A DNA stretch of 57,641 nt, counting the filler, from Platydemus manokwari (Eukaryota): NCBI GenBank assembly GCA_037951405.1. It is 5 parts of 5 records of this genome, joined end to end, with 100 filler letters (N's around TTAATTAATTAA, not from the genome) between each part and the next. Parts side by side here need not be neighbours in the genome. Positions count along the whole stretch, not along the records: positions 37,003 to 46,675 come from JBBMOY011219987.1; positions 46,776 to 57,641 come from JBBMOY011099663.1; 3 more parts are not named here. The stretch is one strand, 5' to 3'. Shown piece after piece: positions 36,903-51,588 of the stretch. Made by a program: the position numbers and the translations under genes. The notes under the pieces are model-generated. The model ran no database searches. It saw nothing but the letters and a program-made list of their open reading frames with translations, and was not told the DNA's origin. How positions within the stretch are numbered: the first letter of the stretch is position 1; every line of letters starts with the position of its first letter.

Positions 36903-37002
36903 NNNNNNNNNNNNNNNNNNNNNNNNNNNNNNNNNNNNNNNNNNNNTTAATTAATTAANNNNNNNNNNNNNNNNNNNNNNNNNNNNNNNNNNNNNNNNNN
37001 NN
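36903..37002. other. Assembly gap with TTAATTAATTAA linker
   Basis: 44 N + TTAATTAATTAA + 44 N. Confidence 0.98.
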
Positions 37003-37083
37003 TATTACTATTATTATTACTGTTATTTTTACTATTATTAATTATTATTACTATTATTAATTATTATCAATATTTTGTTTAAG

Positions 37084-40000
37084 AACGGAAAGAAAATCAT
37101 ATGCGATAGATATTCGGGAAATAGCACCAGAACTAGCTACGGAAAACATGTATGGAAATGATTCAACCGCTTCATTAATAGGTAATAATTTATATATAAT
37201 TTATAGTTTATAATAATTTATTTATATACATAATCAAATAATTACTTAATTATATATTATGAATCGATTTCGAAATAATGTTCAAAATATAATGATTATT
37301 TAGATATTTAATAATATAGTAATGTCAAGGCCATATAACTGTTAATGAAAGGATTTTAATCGTCCATAGTTATGAAGAATTGAAACATTTCGGTTATCAT
37401 TAAAGGTTCTGTTCGTGCTATTAAATTTGAATGAAATTAAATGTTTATAATAAGAAAGCGGTTAAAGATAATATATACACTTTGAATCGGCATAATTTTG
37501 TTATCGTAATGTTTTAATTTACATCATTAATTATTAAACAATACAATTAATTATCACATTAACAACTATATTTATAAATTATGTCAATATTCTTGTGACA
37601 TTTTTTAAAAATATTTCTTAAATAAAAGCTTTTGTTTTAATTTTAAAAATCATTAACAATGTTGATTTCATCATTTAGTGGAAAGACTCCAATATTGAAA
37701 TTGTGCCATCATGGTGAACATAAAAAATGACAACAATGAATTATTAACTGTCAATGAGCCGAGCTTTTATTTGTTTAAATTGAACAAATAATGCTTTTCT
37801 CAACGACTGTGTATGTCTTTGGATTGGATGTAATTTAGATCGAAATTATAACATAAAATTCATAATCGATATACGGTAAATTCTTTAACTATTTCACTAC
37901 AACAAACAGCAGTTCAAAAAATAAACATTGATTATGATTTTGGAACAAAATTGACAATATACTGCTTTAGGCGAGTGGCTATATTTGCGCGAATTTGTTG
38001 TGGAATAAGTGTATATAAGAGCCTATTCAACAACTCGAAAATCGATTATCATTTGCAATTTTTATTAATATAAACAATATTATTTGTAATGAAATAATCG
38101 AGAAAATAGGCTGTTGATAAATTGAGTTGTAGATAAATTCGCTTAATAATTTTCCTTTTCATTGGTGGAATATCATTTTAAAATTTCTATTGTGTAGATA
38201 GATAAATCACATGATCAATGTCATTTGATTTATCACATGAAACTATGTGATTGTTGAATGCTAATACATGCGATATAATAGATTACAAGTAGTAGCACTT
38301 AAAAGTGAATTATCAAAATATAAATCAAATTCAAAATCACATAGTATAAGGAAAAATTATAAAATGTAATTTCTGGTTGTTATTGTATGAAGTCAATCAT
38401 CGGAAATATGGAACTGCTTGCTTGGTGAACTATGAATAAGAGATGATCTGAGTTATATTAAATGATATTTTATCAGAAATAAAGCTTCAACGAAGATTTT
38501 ATTCTCGATTTCTTAATTTGATAAAATAATATGAAATGAACTAACACGTCTGTGAGAATATCAAATTGAATTTAAATTATATAATGAATTTGAATTTATA
38601 TTGAATTTAATTTGATATTAAAATTTATTTGATATCAAATTTTAAATTTCATTTATTTTGTTTAAATAATTGTCTTTGAATAGAATTGAATGTCGAGTCT
38701 TTTACAGTTCATTTTCGATGCGTTTTTTTTTATAAAATAGTAGCGGCTTACAATGCCCAAATTAAAATTACACTGAAATACAAAAGCTAAAAAATGTTTT
38801 ATCAATGAATACTGTAAATATGTTGATCTCAATTTCGATTTCAATCTTATTTCTATAATTGGTTTTATGTAGAATTTTTTTAAAAAGTTTATTCATATTC
38901 AAATATCAACATTTTATTCTTAAATAAAATAAATTCATTTTAAACAATACCATAAGAAGTGGTATAATTTATAATGATAAGTTATATGACAGCAATGACT
39001 TCAAATTTTCGATAACTACCTGGTTTGTGATATCCTCCATCTATTCGATTATTTATAAATTTCAATGAATTTCTTAATTTCTAATCTATTGAATCTGGTA
39101 TGAAAATCTTCAGAGAAGTATTATTAATCATTTATTTTTCATTTCAATACTTCTTCATGACTAATTAATTGAAATGAATTATTTTTTGTAAATTTCTGAA
39201 TAATTCTCCAATTGGAAAAGTATTGTTTGTAGTTGCATTGAAAAGTAAAGCCTTCAAATAATTATATAAAATTCATGAGACAATTTAAAAATTTTTTTGG
39301 CTTGTTTTCAAAAATTAAGACTCTATAATCGTATTTTTGACACTTCAGTTGATGGCTTCATTAAATGCAATGGTTAATTTACTTCAATTCTCATTAATGA
39401 ATTTTGAATTATTAAATAATTATTTCATGAAAATGAAATTAAATATTTTCTAATATGATATCTTGTACAAGTTTCCAATAAAATTATTGATGATCATATT
39501 TGATTAAAAGGTGGAAAGGCAATTGGTGTAATGGGACTTGTTTCGGGATATTATGAGATTCATCAGAAATTTGGAAAGTTAAGCTGGGAATCGTTAATAA
39601 AACCAACCATTGATTTGTTAAATACTGGATTTTTTGTATCCCAGAGTCTAGAAGATGCCATCAATAAATTTTTCCAAAATCCTCATTCAGTCATGTTTCA
39701 AGAACTTCGGTATTTATGTTGTAAAAATTTAATATAAATTCGATTATAAATTTCTAGGAATATTTTAACTGATTCAGTTACTGGGAAACCGAAAAGATAT
39801 GGCGACATATTAAAAATTCCTAAATTAGCAAACACGTTAAAGATTTTGTCAATTGAGCCATTTGCAATGAAGAATGGATCTTTGGTTGATAAAATGATTA
39901 GTGAGATTCAATCCAATGGTGGAATAATAACGAAAGCAGACTTAAACAATTACCAAAGCAAATGGCGAACTCCAATTGAAGTAGATATCGGAGACGGAAA

Positions 40001-43000
40001 GAAATTAATGACATTACCACCTCCATCAAGTGGAGTTCTTGTGGCATTTAGTTTTAATGTATTAAGAGGTATGAAACATGTTATTAAATTATTTCGTTAA
40101 TATTATTTATTGGTCAATATTGATTTGTTTTATCATAGAACTGTCATGAATAATTATTTTTAGTTTTTGTCTGTCATCTTGATTTACTCAATATTTGTTT
40201 TATTGATTTCATTGACAGAATCACCGAATAAATATTTTTTTAATAATTTTAGGATATAAATTTGATCAGAATTCATTGAATACCTGTGAAAATACGGCTT
40301 TATTCTTTCATCGATTGATTGAAACAATGAAATTCTCCTATGCTAAAAGGTCGGCATTAGGTGATAGTGATTTTGTACCCAACACAAAAGTATTTTCGAA
40401 ATAAATATGAAGATACAGTTTTATATATTGTTTCATGTTTTAGTTGATGAGTAATTTGACATCGAATAAATATGCAGAATATATAAAATCACTAATTACC
40501 GATGATAAAACCCATTCAATCGAATATTATCAACCTTCTTTTGAAGTTCGTCCTGATCAAGGAACTTCTCATTTTAGCTTGGTTAGTCCTAACGGTGATG
40601 CTGTCGCGATAACATCAACAATTAACGGATAGTAAGTATTCGGTTTCTTTACTGAATTGTTAATTTTTGTCCTATATTTGATGAATATGTATTGTTTTTG
40701 ACATTGTAATCAAATATATCGGCAAATACCTGTGTTTAATTCTCAATGTATAGCTATTAGTATATCAAAATGAAACACTAATTCTGAATATTGATATCAA
40801 TTAAAGATACTAATTAGGTTAATACTGATACTTTAACGAAAAAATATTTTAAGTATAATTCATTATTAGACCAAAAAATGCTTATTTTTATTGTTAGTTT
40901 TGGATCTTTAGTAATGGGAAATGAGACGGGAATCTTTTATAACAACCAAATGGATGATTTTTCGAGACCAAATGAAATTAAACCTTCTCCGAGTAATTTT
41001 ATCAAACCATACAAACGACCGATGTCATCGATGTCTCCAATAATAATTATCGATAAATCCGGAAATGTAATTATGGTCATGGGAGCATCAGGTGGATATC
41101 AGATTCTCTCCCGGGTCACGATGGTTAATCATCTTTATTTTTAATTTGTAATTTTTTGAAAATAATTGCATTTAAAATAAAAAAAATAATTAAATTATGA
41201 AAAAATAAAAGGAAAAACTCTAATTCTCTCATTTAATCGAGGGGCTATTTATGATAATTATTATGATTACAAAATTAGATAGCAAGACAAATAATGGGGC
41301 AGTCATATTTGATGTGAAATATATTTCCAATTTTTCACTGGATTTTCAACTGATACTCGAAACATGATTTTCAAAGTCTCATTAATTTACAGAGAGTCGA
41401 AAGGTATTTTTGAACAAGAAAACCTTTGAGTAAACTTTAGATACCTTGATGATTCAGTTGATAATCCGAATTTCTGCACACCACCTCTATGTTTAGAACT
41501 ACATTTATTTTTATATGATCTCAATTATCTTGTACAAGTAGCAAGCAGAGTTACTAGATTCGACCTTAAAAAATGAAATCTACTTTATAAAGATCCGAAA
41601 AGATAGCACTTTTTGAAACAGACGTTGGAATTTACGGAATAGTATCAATGGTGTGTCTGTTATAAAGTCATTCAATCACGAATACCCCTCACGGATTTGA
41701 ATAAACAACGGCTTTCAGTTTATTTATTTTAAGATCATTTTAAGATCATTTTAAAGATGTTTTTTCACGTGTTGATAACGTGACTCGATCGGTTCCTTTA
41801 CTTCAAGCAAAAAATACCAAATAAATACATGGCAATATAAAACTTCTCTTCGTTAAAGTTAATAAGAGATTTTAAATGAAATGTTAGTGGCAATTTGCAA
41901 GGCAATAGCTTTTTGATTGCTCTGAAACTGTGTTTTAGAAAATTCGTTCGTTTTTTTCGAGTAAGACAGTAGATTACTTTATAAAAGTCACCTTCAGAAA
42001 ATTATATTTAATTACAATTATCAAAACAAATTATTATTTTATAAATATCTGATTTTAAAATCTTTCAAATATAAATCATTTTAAAATCCTCACAATGTGT
42101 CCGCCTGCATTAATTGGTTGATAATTTGTTTTGGTTTACCATAGTGTTTAGAAATATTTCTGTTTTATTGTGATTGCTTTCATGACAATTAGTTTAGTTA
42201 TCATTTTATACATTTATTATTGTTATTTTCGTTTTAATTATTGTATTTGTATTTTTCGAATAAATTTTTTTTTTATTTAATAATCTGATAATTTTTTTTA
42301 TTACTTTTTTAAGTATTTCAATTATACTTTCCTGCATTTTTATTTTTAATATTTAATTTTTTTTGACAATTAATCTTCGTTGACTTTATATTTGCAGTTG
42401 ACTTTGAAAATTAAATCTTGTTGTAGCTTTCAAACGAATTTTTAAAATTATTCGTAGTCGACTTGTAATACATTGATTTTAATGCAATTGAACTTTAGAA
42501 GTTAATCTTTGTAACACGTGGCTTATTATTTGTTGGCTCCTTATGTTTAATTTCAACGCTAGAAATAATTTTAGATTTTAAGATAAAATTTTACTATTAT
42601 CAATATAGACTCTACTAGAATTGACGAACCAAATGACAAACTAAATAATTTAATTTTAAATTGTGAAACTAAACCATATAACAACAACAGATAAATAATA
42701 TTAAAAAATTCTTTTTACCCAAAATATCATTGAAGCTTTTTTCTTTGATAAAGAACGCTGCATACAGAAAGTGATATAAGTAAAAATTTAGGCAGAACAA
42801 TTAAATACCTAAAGCATGGCAACATAAAGAAAGACTTTGTCCTATTACAAAACATGCTATCGAAACAAAGGAAATTATTACATTTTCTAGCAAAAACAAG
42901 CACCGATAAATTCAGCCGTTACAGAGAAAATAAAATTACTTTGTCAATTTGCAAAAAATTTGTTTCTAACATAGTTTAGTCATTATTTCGCATATTTTAT

Positions 43001-46000
43001 AATATTGCAACAGAAGCTATTTATTGAAACGTTTATATGTTGATCACACTGGTTCTACGTTGATTCTATTGATTCATTATCAAAGTAAATATTATATTTT
43101 ATTTGTTTAATTAAGTGTTTCTAGCAAATTATTCCATTGCCAAGTGAGAGTTTAAATCTACAAGCGAATTGTTTTATATTCCCTTCTTTTTTTCTGGGTT
43201 TTTGTCCTTGCACCTATTAGAGAAGTCCGATATTATTCTTGAGGGTTTAGTCTTTCACAATAAGAATTTCTTTAAGTGAATTAAATTTATATTTGAAGTA
43301 TTAAAAAATAAAAGTCATTTGCCTAACTGGTTGTTCAGGCAATGATAATATCGATTGAAAAACGGCTCCATGTGAAATAAAAATTGCCGTGCCTTGAATG
43401 GTTAAGTTGAAAACAGTGTGAAAAAATTTGTAGCGAAGAGTGAGTTTAGAAAGAAGACAGGTATTCGACTGCTTTTAATTCATATGATAATTATTGTATT
43501 GAGTAAAAAGGCATTCATCAGTCATTGCACTTTTATTTAAAATATCTAACATATTTGACATTCTACATAATTAAACAAATATATTAATTTTACCACATTG
43601 CTCTATTGTGTGATTCCAATAAAATTATCATAAGAATTCTTAAGCTATTGATCTGTCGCTTCGGAGAATTTTTTAAATTTCCGGCGAGCTCTCTTCTCAT
43701 CTAAGCCAAAAGATTCCTTCAATTTATCACTTACTACCTCTGCAAATTAAAATCACCAATAACTTCCTCTACGGTTATTTTCTTTTATCAAAATCTTCAA
43801 TACTTATTTCTTCACTCTCACCTCAAAATATGATACTTTTCGTCTTGCTTCTATATAATTTTAGATAGGTCTTGAATCTAGTTGTGAATCGCTGTCGTGT
43901 TAGAAAGACGATTATGTATCTTTTTTGCTGTATATATTTCAGAGCAGGTTTGTATCTTCTTTTAGTAGTATGACGATCACGAAACTTAATCAGATTGTTT
44001 AAATGTTGAGAACTCCTTAGCGTTTTAGAGCTAATCATCGACCTAATCAGCTACTTCATCAAAATTTTTCGGTAAACTTTTTACTATCTTATGTCGTTCT
44101 TCTTTTATGGCTTTTACCAACATTCATGTTAGGGTAATCTCCGATAAAAAGGCATTCATCACCCATATAATTTTATTTAAAACAATTTGCAAACATGATT
44201 CGTTAACCCGAAATTAACTAATAATGTCATTTAAAATCATTAATATAAAATTACTTGTCATATTACTCATTAAGATGTTTGAGAAGAATATCTTGTGTAC
44301 TGATGCTGTGTTGAATTACCATTGGTTTATGCTATCCTGATTGATATTGGTAGGTTTAAATTTGTTTATTTCTGTGTGTGATTTGTCATAGATTTTATAA
44401 CAGTACCTCTCGTCATGTGAATGCCATGATTTACCAGGTATTGTCATTGTGACTGAAATTTTATAATTTAATTTTTTAAACTTAATAATTTATAACCACA
44501 ATGTAGTGGATAACGAATAAAATAAAATTGTACTGACATTCAGATATATATGTGGTTGTTGTTAAACCCTGCGATTATAATCAATTAAAATCGGCACTTT
44601 TAAAATAAAATTTTATTATTAAATTTATGTTAACGTTTATGACTTTTATAAGAAAGAGCACAATTATTAAATAATTCAAAAATTTATACAGATTTAATAT
44701 TTCTATATTATATCTATCAAACATGGTTGTTTAAATTTTGAACTCATAAGTTAAACCGATTAAAATTACATTTTAAACTTATCTATTCGTACTTTAGATA
44801 ACCACAAGGCAAATCAAAGCAATGATATTATTCATCAAATTTCTTGTAAGATCTCTAATAGATATCATTTACTGCTAGTCCTCATACTTGTATGTAATTT
44901 ACAATAAAAAATATCTATCTCACTGGAAACAACTTCAGCAGATTTTCAAATGAAGTTCGAAAAGAAATTTATTGCTCGAATGATTTGCATAATTTTCCAT
45001 ATCATAAAATGTTTTTAAAAATTGATATTAGGCATCGGTACTTGCTGAACTGTTGCAAAAAGGAATAAAGGAATCTATAGACATGCCACGTATTCACCCC
45101 AATTTGTCATCCAATGAAATCATGATTGAGAATAATTTCCCAAAAGTATGCAATTTCAAATATAAATGAAATATTTGTCCAATCATATTTCTTCTAGATA
45201 TTACAACTCATCTAATTTTTATAATTTTTTGTTATTATTATAATTTTATGTTGGTTCTGGATATTTTGAATTTAATTTTTGCATGCTTATAGTTACTGTC
45301 AGTGAGTTTAACTTGTTAAAAGTTAATTGTATCATTTTAAATATGAATTTGATCTCAATTTTTGAAATTAATTTTTAATATATTTTCTTAAAAACATACA
45401 ACAAATTTAAAGAATCACATTAATACAGTTTGTTATCGATGTTTGATAATCCTTCTTTTGCATTCTCTTATTTATAATGATTGATTGTATCCCGAAAATT
45501 AATTCTTTTATGATTATTTGTGCACGGATTGAGTCATAGGCCTTATCTAAACAAGCAAACAAATAAACTACCAATCAAAAATTGATTTTCTTTGTTTATG
45601 ATAAACTAATATTTCAGACTTAAAAACCTAAGTCTAGAGTATAATTTAGATTTTTTATTTTTGGAATAATTTTTTATTTTATTTTCACAATAACTCGCCA
45701 ACATTATCATACATGAAATTCAGACTGTCTTTCATGATATATTCGAATTAATTTTATTTTCGAGATTCATTGTTTTTCAAAATAAGTGAGAGCGTTAAAT
45801 TATCATTTGAATATTTATTAAGTGATAATTTAAAATAGATTTTTCTTAGTCATGCAAATTAAGAATAATTTGCGACAAAATAAACTGAAGAAGAACAATG
45901 ATAAAAAATAATACCATGCATTTTTAAAATTTTTTCTCGCCATTTATATTTTCTAAACTTGTGTCATTGATAACAGTCAACTCAAATACTGTCACTGATC

Positions 46001-46279
46001 GAAATCGCATCTTTGGTTCAAATATTTTTCCATATTTTTTTCTGTGATAATAATTAGTTTTTCTGTAAAAATATATTTTATTGAGCTTCGATTAATGTTA
46101 ATATTTAATTGTGGTTTTCATTTCAGTCTATTGTTGAAAAGTTGACAGCACGAGGCCATAGAGTCGTGAATATTACTGGTCTGTCAATTGCTCAAGGTAT
46201 TAAGAAATCTAATACCAATTCCAAATTTTGGGAATGCAATGCTGATTATCGAAAAATGGGATTATGCGATGGTTCTTAA
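37084..46279 (+). CDS. GGT1: Gamma-glutamyltransferase (GGT1-like), 5'-truncated, 8 exons visible
   Basis: Exons 37084-37181, 39511-39709, 39758-40068, 40253-40389, 40444-40631, 40898-41123, 45032-45145, 46127-46279. Motifs: IDIREIAP, FGKLSWESL, GGIIT..DL..Y, PPPSSG, HRLIETMKFSYAKRS.LGD, catalytic GTSH...TSTIN.YFGS, NNQMDDFS, KRPMSSMSP, GASGG, PRIH, AD.RK.G..DG. Confidence 0.93.
43620..44050 (-). pseudogene. Possible APE-endonuclease LINE relic in a GGT intron
   Basis: The minus strand gives ..IYRS.. followed by EEVIGDFNL, resembling the IYRxP and GDFN endonuclease motifs. Heavily disrupted. Confidence 0.3.
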
Positions 46280-46675
46280 GATGATTAAATTATATTTTAT
46301 TGATTTTGATAATATTAAATATCGATTGTATATTGAAAAAATATATAAACGTCAATTATAGGTTTTCTGATCTCATTTAAAAATGATGTTCTTGCGTAAT
46401 TTTCTTGATATTAAGTTAGATATGAATGGCTGGCATGTTGGTTTATATATATATATATGGATGTTTGGTGAGTTATTATTGGTTTTTTATATATAGATTG
46501 ATGATGTGTTGGTGTAATTAGTGGTTTTGAGTTGGTTGCGCTTTATTTCTCTAATGTGCTCGTTGATTCCAATTGGACTCCAAACTATTGGTTACGTTGA
46601 TAGAAGTAGTTTATAATGTAAATAGCAATATAATAATAAATAACAATAACGCACTGAAATAAGATATAATTATGA

Positions 46676-46775
46676 NNNNNNNNNNNNNNNNNNNNNNNNN
46701 NNNNNNNNNNNNNNNNNNNTTAATTAATTAANNNNNNNNNNNNNNNNNNNNNNNNNNNNNNNNNNNNNNNNNNNN
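46676..46775. other. Assembly gap with TTAATTAATTAA linker
   Basis: 44 N + TTAATTAATTAA + 44 N. Confidence 0.98.
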
Positions 46776-47289
46776 ATCTGCAAATGGAAAATATTTTGAT
46801 TGAATTTCATTAAATAAATATTTTAAAAAATGTTTTTGTTTTTAAAAAAAAAAAGCCGGAATCATACTAATACACCTAATATTTATTAAACTATTATCAA
46901 ATTTATGAACTATAGACGTTTTTTAAATGAACCCCCGAGTCGCCATCATTACCTCAACATACTAGTCTTTTTTATTCTAAATTTACAAGTAACGTCATAA
47001 ATTTCGATGCAAATTACCAATCATCCGATTCTCAGCATCAATACAAACCTTACACAGCTCATGATTATTGGAATAATCCACACCCACTCAATCTATGATA
47101 TCATTGTCAATACCACCAGATAAACCCCTGTTTGCCAAATTACATACTTCAAAAAATTATCACTGATAATTTGTATATTAATTAGAAACCTAATCATAAA
47201 GACATCCATCCCTCTATTTTGGCCACATCAGGATTTATTCCTTCGAATTCTGTCGCAGTTAGTCTCCCTACCGCAACGAAGACCATCCA

Positions 47290-48790
47290 GTTTAGAGGAA
47301 AACGGGCGCGGAAACTTATAACATTTTATTTTATATTCTTAGTTTATTTAATATCTCTAATTTAAATAACGTCAGTAATTTATTGCACAATCTGCATATA
47401 TCAGAATCCAATTTTCCTATTCGATCTTCTCCATTTTCCACACTTACCAATGATCATCTCATCATTTGTCATATTCAAGTCACGTTAAAAACTGCTAACA
47501 ATAGCCTCATCGATCTAGATACACAAATATCGCCTGAAACTTCGATTGATTTAGACGATTCAATTACAACATCACATAACTTCCTCTGATTCCTCTACTA
47601 AAACTTCCACTCACGTTGATTTAAATATCACACTCCAACCATATCAAATCCGACAACTTTTCCACTATAGTTTGAGCCGGTTAATCTTGTATTTGCCGTG
47701 GTCGAAGATGCCTCATGTGCTAACAAACTTTAATCTGATTTTCTCGCACCTTAAAGACAATTCTAACCTTAAATCAATCACACTAGATGAAATTTCATAT
47801 TATAAAGGTCTCTCCAACACAACCCATGTTAGTGATGGTATAAGATATTTCGATTGGATAAGTACAGATCCCAAACACACCTTTATTCTTGGCTATTTAA
47901 CGAAATTTTATTAATCAAATTTATCCCAAACCAATGGACCACCGGTAAGACAAATCTCTTTTTGAAACCCCTTAAAAATTCTAACCCACAGGTTGTCTCA
48001 TCATGCCACCCAATAGCTCTGTCCTACATCTCCCCTATAGATTATTCGCCACCATTCTCCACAATGGACTTTTGAAATGAATCAATGCTCGAAAACTTGG
48101 TGGACAAAAAACCGGCTTTCCAATGAGGACTATCTACAAATACAACATTGATATACAGTTCATCAAACACGATTCTGAAACCCTCATGAAAATAATTGCA
48201 AATAATGACCTTACATACTCCTTTTCACTCGACAATAAGAATAAACTCTCCAATATTCCACATGGGGCGGTTCAAATGTTGTTCTTTAATCAATGTAAAT
48301 TACTTATAAAAGTAAGTCGACTAGCCCACGGCTTCTTCTTCTCCCATCGTAAAGAAAAACCTCTTAATAGTTGTCACCTAGCTCCTGAAGTCTGAATTTT
48401 CACTCACTGGGTTTTAAACAATTTTCTCCTTCTCAATTATTCCCTATACTTCATTAAGATAAACAAATCTTTCCCTTGCCGTAGATGTAACACTGAGCCA
48501 GAAAGTGCTGCCCATGTATTCGTTCACTGCCCAGCTATCCCAGGAAAAAGCAACAAAAGACATGCACTCATCCTAAACATAATAGGCACATATCCCCAAT
48601 CTCTTGGTAATGACCCGGAGGTTGATATGGCTGCGATTTAGACAGATACTAAACTTCGACTCTACTTAATTATCTTATACAATAGAAAAAAACACATTTA
48701 TAATAGACCTCAAAATTCCATATGACAATGACACAAATTTTACTATGCACCGTACGTTAATCCCCACATTACAAATCGGAATCACCACAA
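47290..48790 (+). mobile_element. Degenerate RLE-type non-LTR retrotransposon (R2/R4/NeSL-like), internally deleted
   Basis: Frameshifted pieces: ITLDEI..., SDGIRYFDW, LFNEIL...IPNQWTTGKTNLFLKP...SSCHPIAL (start of RT). Then a CCHC knuckle CRRCNTEPESAAHVFVHCP plus RH..IL and a ...IDLKIPYD-like restriction-like endonuclease motif. Most of the RT core is missing. Confidence 0.75.
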
Positions 48791-50841
48791 AACACCAAAC
48801 AACACCAGATTTCCTTAATATAGAAGTTTCAAGATTATGACACCCACATAATGATAAAATACCTATGCTATCGGGGTTAGACAATAAACACATACATTTT
48901 CTATTTTCACTCAATATCACCAAACTTTTAAAAGATGCCCACACAGCATATAACGGTCACAAAGGTCAAGATAGACTTAAATTAACTCGCCTCTTGACAC
49001 AATAAATTAAAAATTTTTTAAAGACATATTCCGCATTTAATATCTTTCCTGATCAATCTACCAATGCAAACAGCGACAGCACTTAATATTCCCACAATGT
49101 CTACTTTGTTCAATCAATCCTTGCCAAATCTTGCAAATGTGTTTCGCAATGTCTTCAAAGTCGAAAAAGTCTGCTTCCCTGCCAAACTGCGACAACACAA
49201 ATTTCTGTTGAAAGCTTCAAACTTTAACTGCTCCCAAAGGCAATAGGCCGGCACATTTAGAAGCTCAAATTACGAAAATGTGTCTATCAAAAACATGCAT
49301 TTTTACAAGTTGGCGTGAAGGATATTCCAACGAGCCATGAAGGCTTTATTTATGTTCAATATTTTATATTCATTTTTGCTTAGTATCTTGGCAATTTAAT
49401 ATTGTGTTGATAATTTCGGTAAACTGTGGGCATTTCACTCTTTTTTTTATTTTATCAACCAAATTATTAACCAATTTCCATATATAATGAATTACAAATT
49501 GAGCAAACCATTAGCATTTACATATATATCAAAATTTTCTCAGTTCCACATAATTCTATTTATGGCAGTTGTATTTTGTAAATATAATTATCTACTTATC
49601 TTTTTATCGCCATTGACTTTCTATAAAAGATCCTGTTTACACTTGAAAATACATTCATAAGATTAAAATTTTTAAAATGATCTTGCTTTACGGTTAATCT
49701 CTTGAATTATGAAAAAAATATATTAAAATTAGTAAAATAAAAATGTAATATAAAAATATCAGCATTTTTGTAATTTATAAAAGAAAGATAAATTATATGG
49801 AAACAAATTTTAAAATCTGTTTAAAATGGATGTATTATAAATAAATATTTTTGTTTTATTGAAAACATTTCTTTTGATTAAAATATGAAAAACGAAGACG
49901 TTTTAGCAACCAACTCTATTTAAAATTTGACTTTGAAATATCTTTGTAAACTTATATTTTGAACAAAATGACGATTAAATGTTACTGCTTGAGTCATTTA
50001 CAATTCATTATTATGAGATGTAACATGAAATATATTGAACGATCTTGATGGCCTGACTAGTTTATATGTGAGAAAAAGAAGAGGTTTTCACAAGAAAAAA
50101 TAGTCCAGCATAAAATAGTGAAACTAGATCTATTTTTTGTAACGCCATTTGTGTTTATGTGAAAGCTAATCTCAAACGATATGAATTGTCTAAATATAGT
50201 AATATAGATTAAATACATCTCAAAATTCTCATAAAATATTAATCTAAAATCGCACACCTTAAAGTACGAAAATATGAAAAAAAATTGAGATTTCAAGATA
50301 TTAGGATCTCAGAAGTGCTTTATGGATTCTTTGTTTTGAGATGCAATTGTCGTGGTTTAATTTTAACTAATATTTAACATTAAAGCATCCACGTGACTGC
50401 AAATTCTCTGAAGATTTTTATTTGTAGACTGATGTAATATTCTATCATATACAACATGTACCGCATCAACGAAACAGATTGATGAGGATTTTTTCTGTAC
50501 CTGAATTTTCAAAATAAAACCTAATTTAAATGCTATTTAAATGCTAAAATAAAATCTCTTTTAAAGAAGGATTACTAAAACATAAAATTTGATTAAATAG
50601 TTAATATTAGTGGTGATTCAAATAAATTTAAGAAAGTATATTTATTAATGCTCTGTTCTTGCAATAATGTTGGATTCACAAATGGGAAAATATTATACCA
50701 CTAAACATGGTAAGCATTTCGCAACGATGCGCTACAACAACATTTAAAAATAATTTAATTATTTGATGATCTCTAATAAAATTAAATTATAATGATTATG
50801 TTATAACAGTAACTGCTTTATGAATTATTTGTCACTTTATC

Positions 50842-51588
50842 ATGGTGTTTTCTCTTTTGCTTTTATGTAATCTTTTGCATTTAATTCTAACACAATGTCC
50901 AATCAATTTTCAACAATGCAAATCAATATGTTATCAATTTATCAATAAAAATCAAACATTTTGTCAATCATGTGAAACGTGTCATTCTCGAGGAGGAAGA
51001 TTGGCTTTGGACACAGAAATAGAATCGTTATGGAGATGCATGTCAAATAAAATAGAATTTTTTACAGGAATAACTGATTTATTAAATGAAAGATTCGCTA
51101 ATAAGACAGAATGGTTAAATATTGATGGATCATTAAGCCGTAATTTGAATATTTGGCGAAAAAATGAACCAAATTGGTATGATGGAGAAGATTGTACAAT
51201 ATATACTTCAGACAATTTGATAGATTACCATTGTTCCTGGACGAAATCATTCATATGTGTCCAGAAAATTGAAAACAAAATCAATTTCAGGCATTTTAAA
51301 AAAGATGATTTGAATATCTATAACAATGACGATGGTGAACCTGGATGTTATAAATATACAATTTCGAAAAGTAAACTGCATTGTGGATCACTGTGAGAAT
51401 CTTTATAAATTGAGATATTATTTTGATAATTTGTGTGTAGATGTGTGCAACAAATCAATTGCAAATCATTCTTTTATGAAAATTCTACCAAGGAGTGTGT
51501 GTTCTCAATGTACACCAGCAGTACTTTACCTGGAAACTGGACGAATACAAACCAACATTGGCAAGGTTATCATTTCGTGAAACCTTAA
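50842..51588 (+). CDS. Secreted C-type lectin with C-terminal PAN/apple-like domain, 2 exons, ~232 aa
   Basis: Exons 50842-51392 and 51441-51588 (GT-AG, phase 2). Signal peptide; CP..F.....CY; C...GG.LA; FTGITD (WIGL-like); EPN..EDC; C.....FIC. Then C....SKLHCGSLCVQQINCKSFFYENSTKECVF, the PAN pattern. Confidence 0.88.

Noticed and set aside
42090-42560. LTR-like stretch with GTTGACTTT repeats ending TGTAACA-CGTGGC
   Set aside because: No convincing 5' terminus, TSD or PBS.
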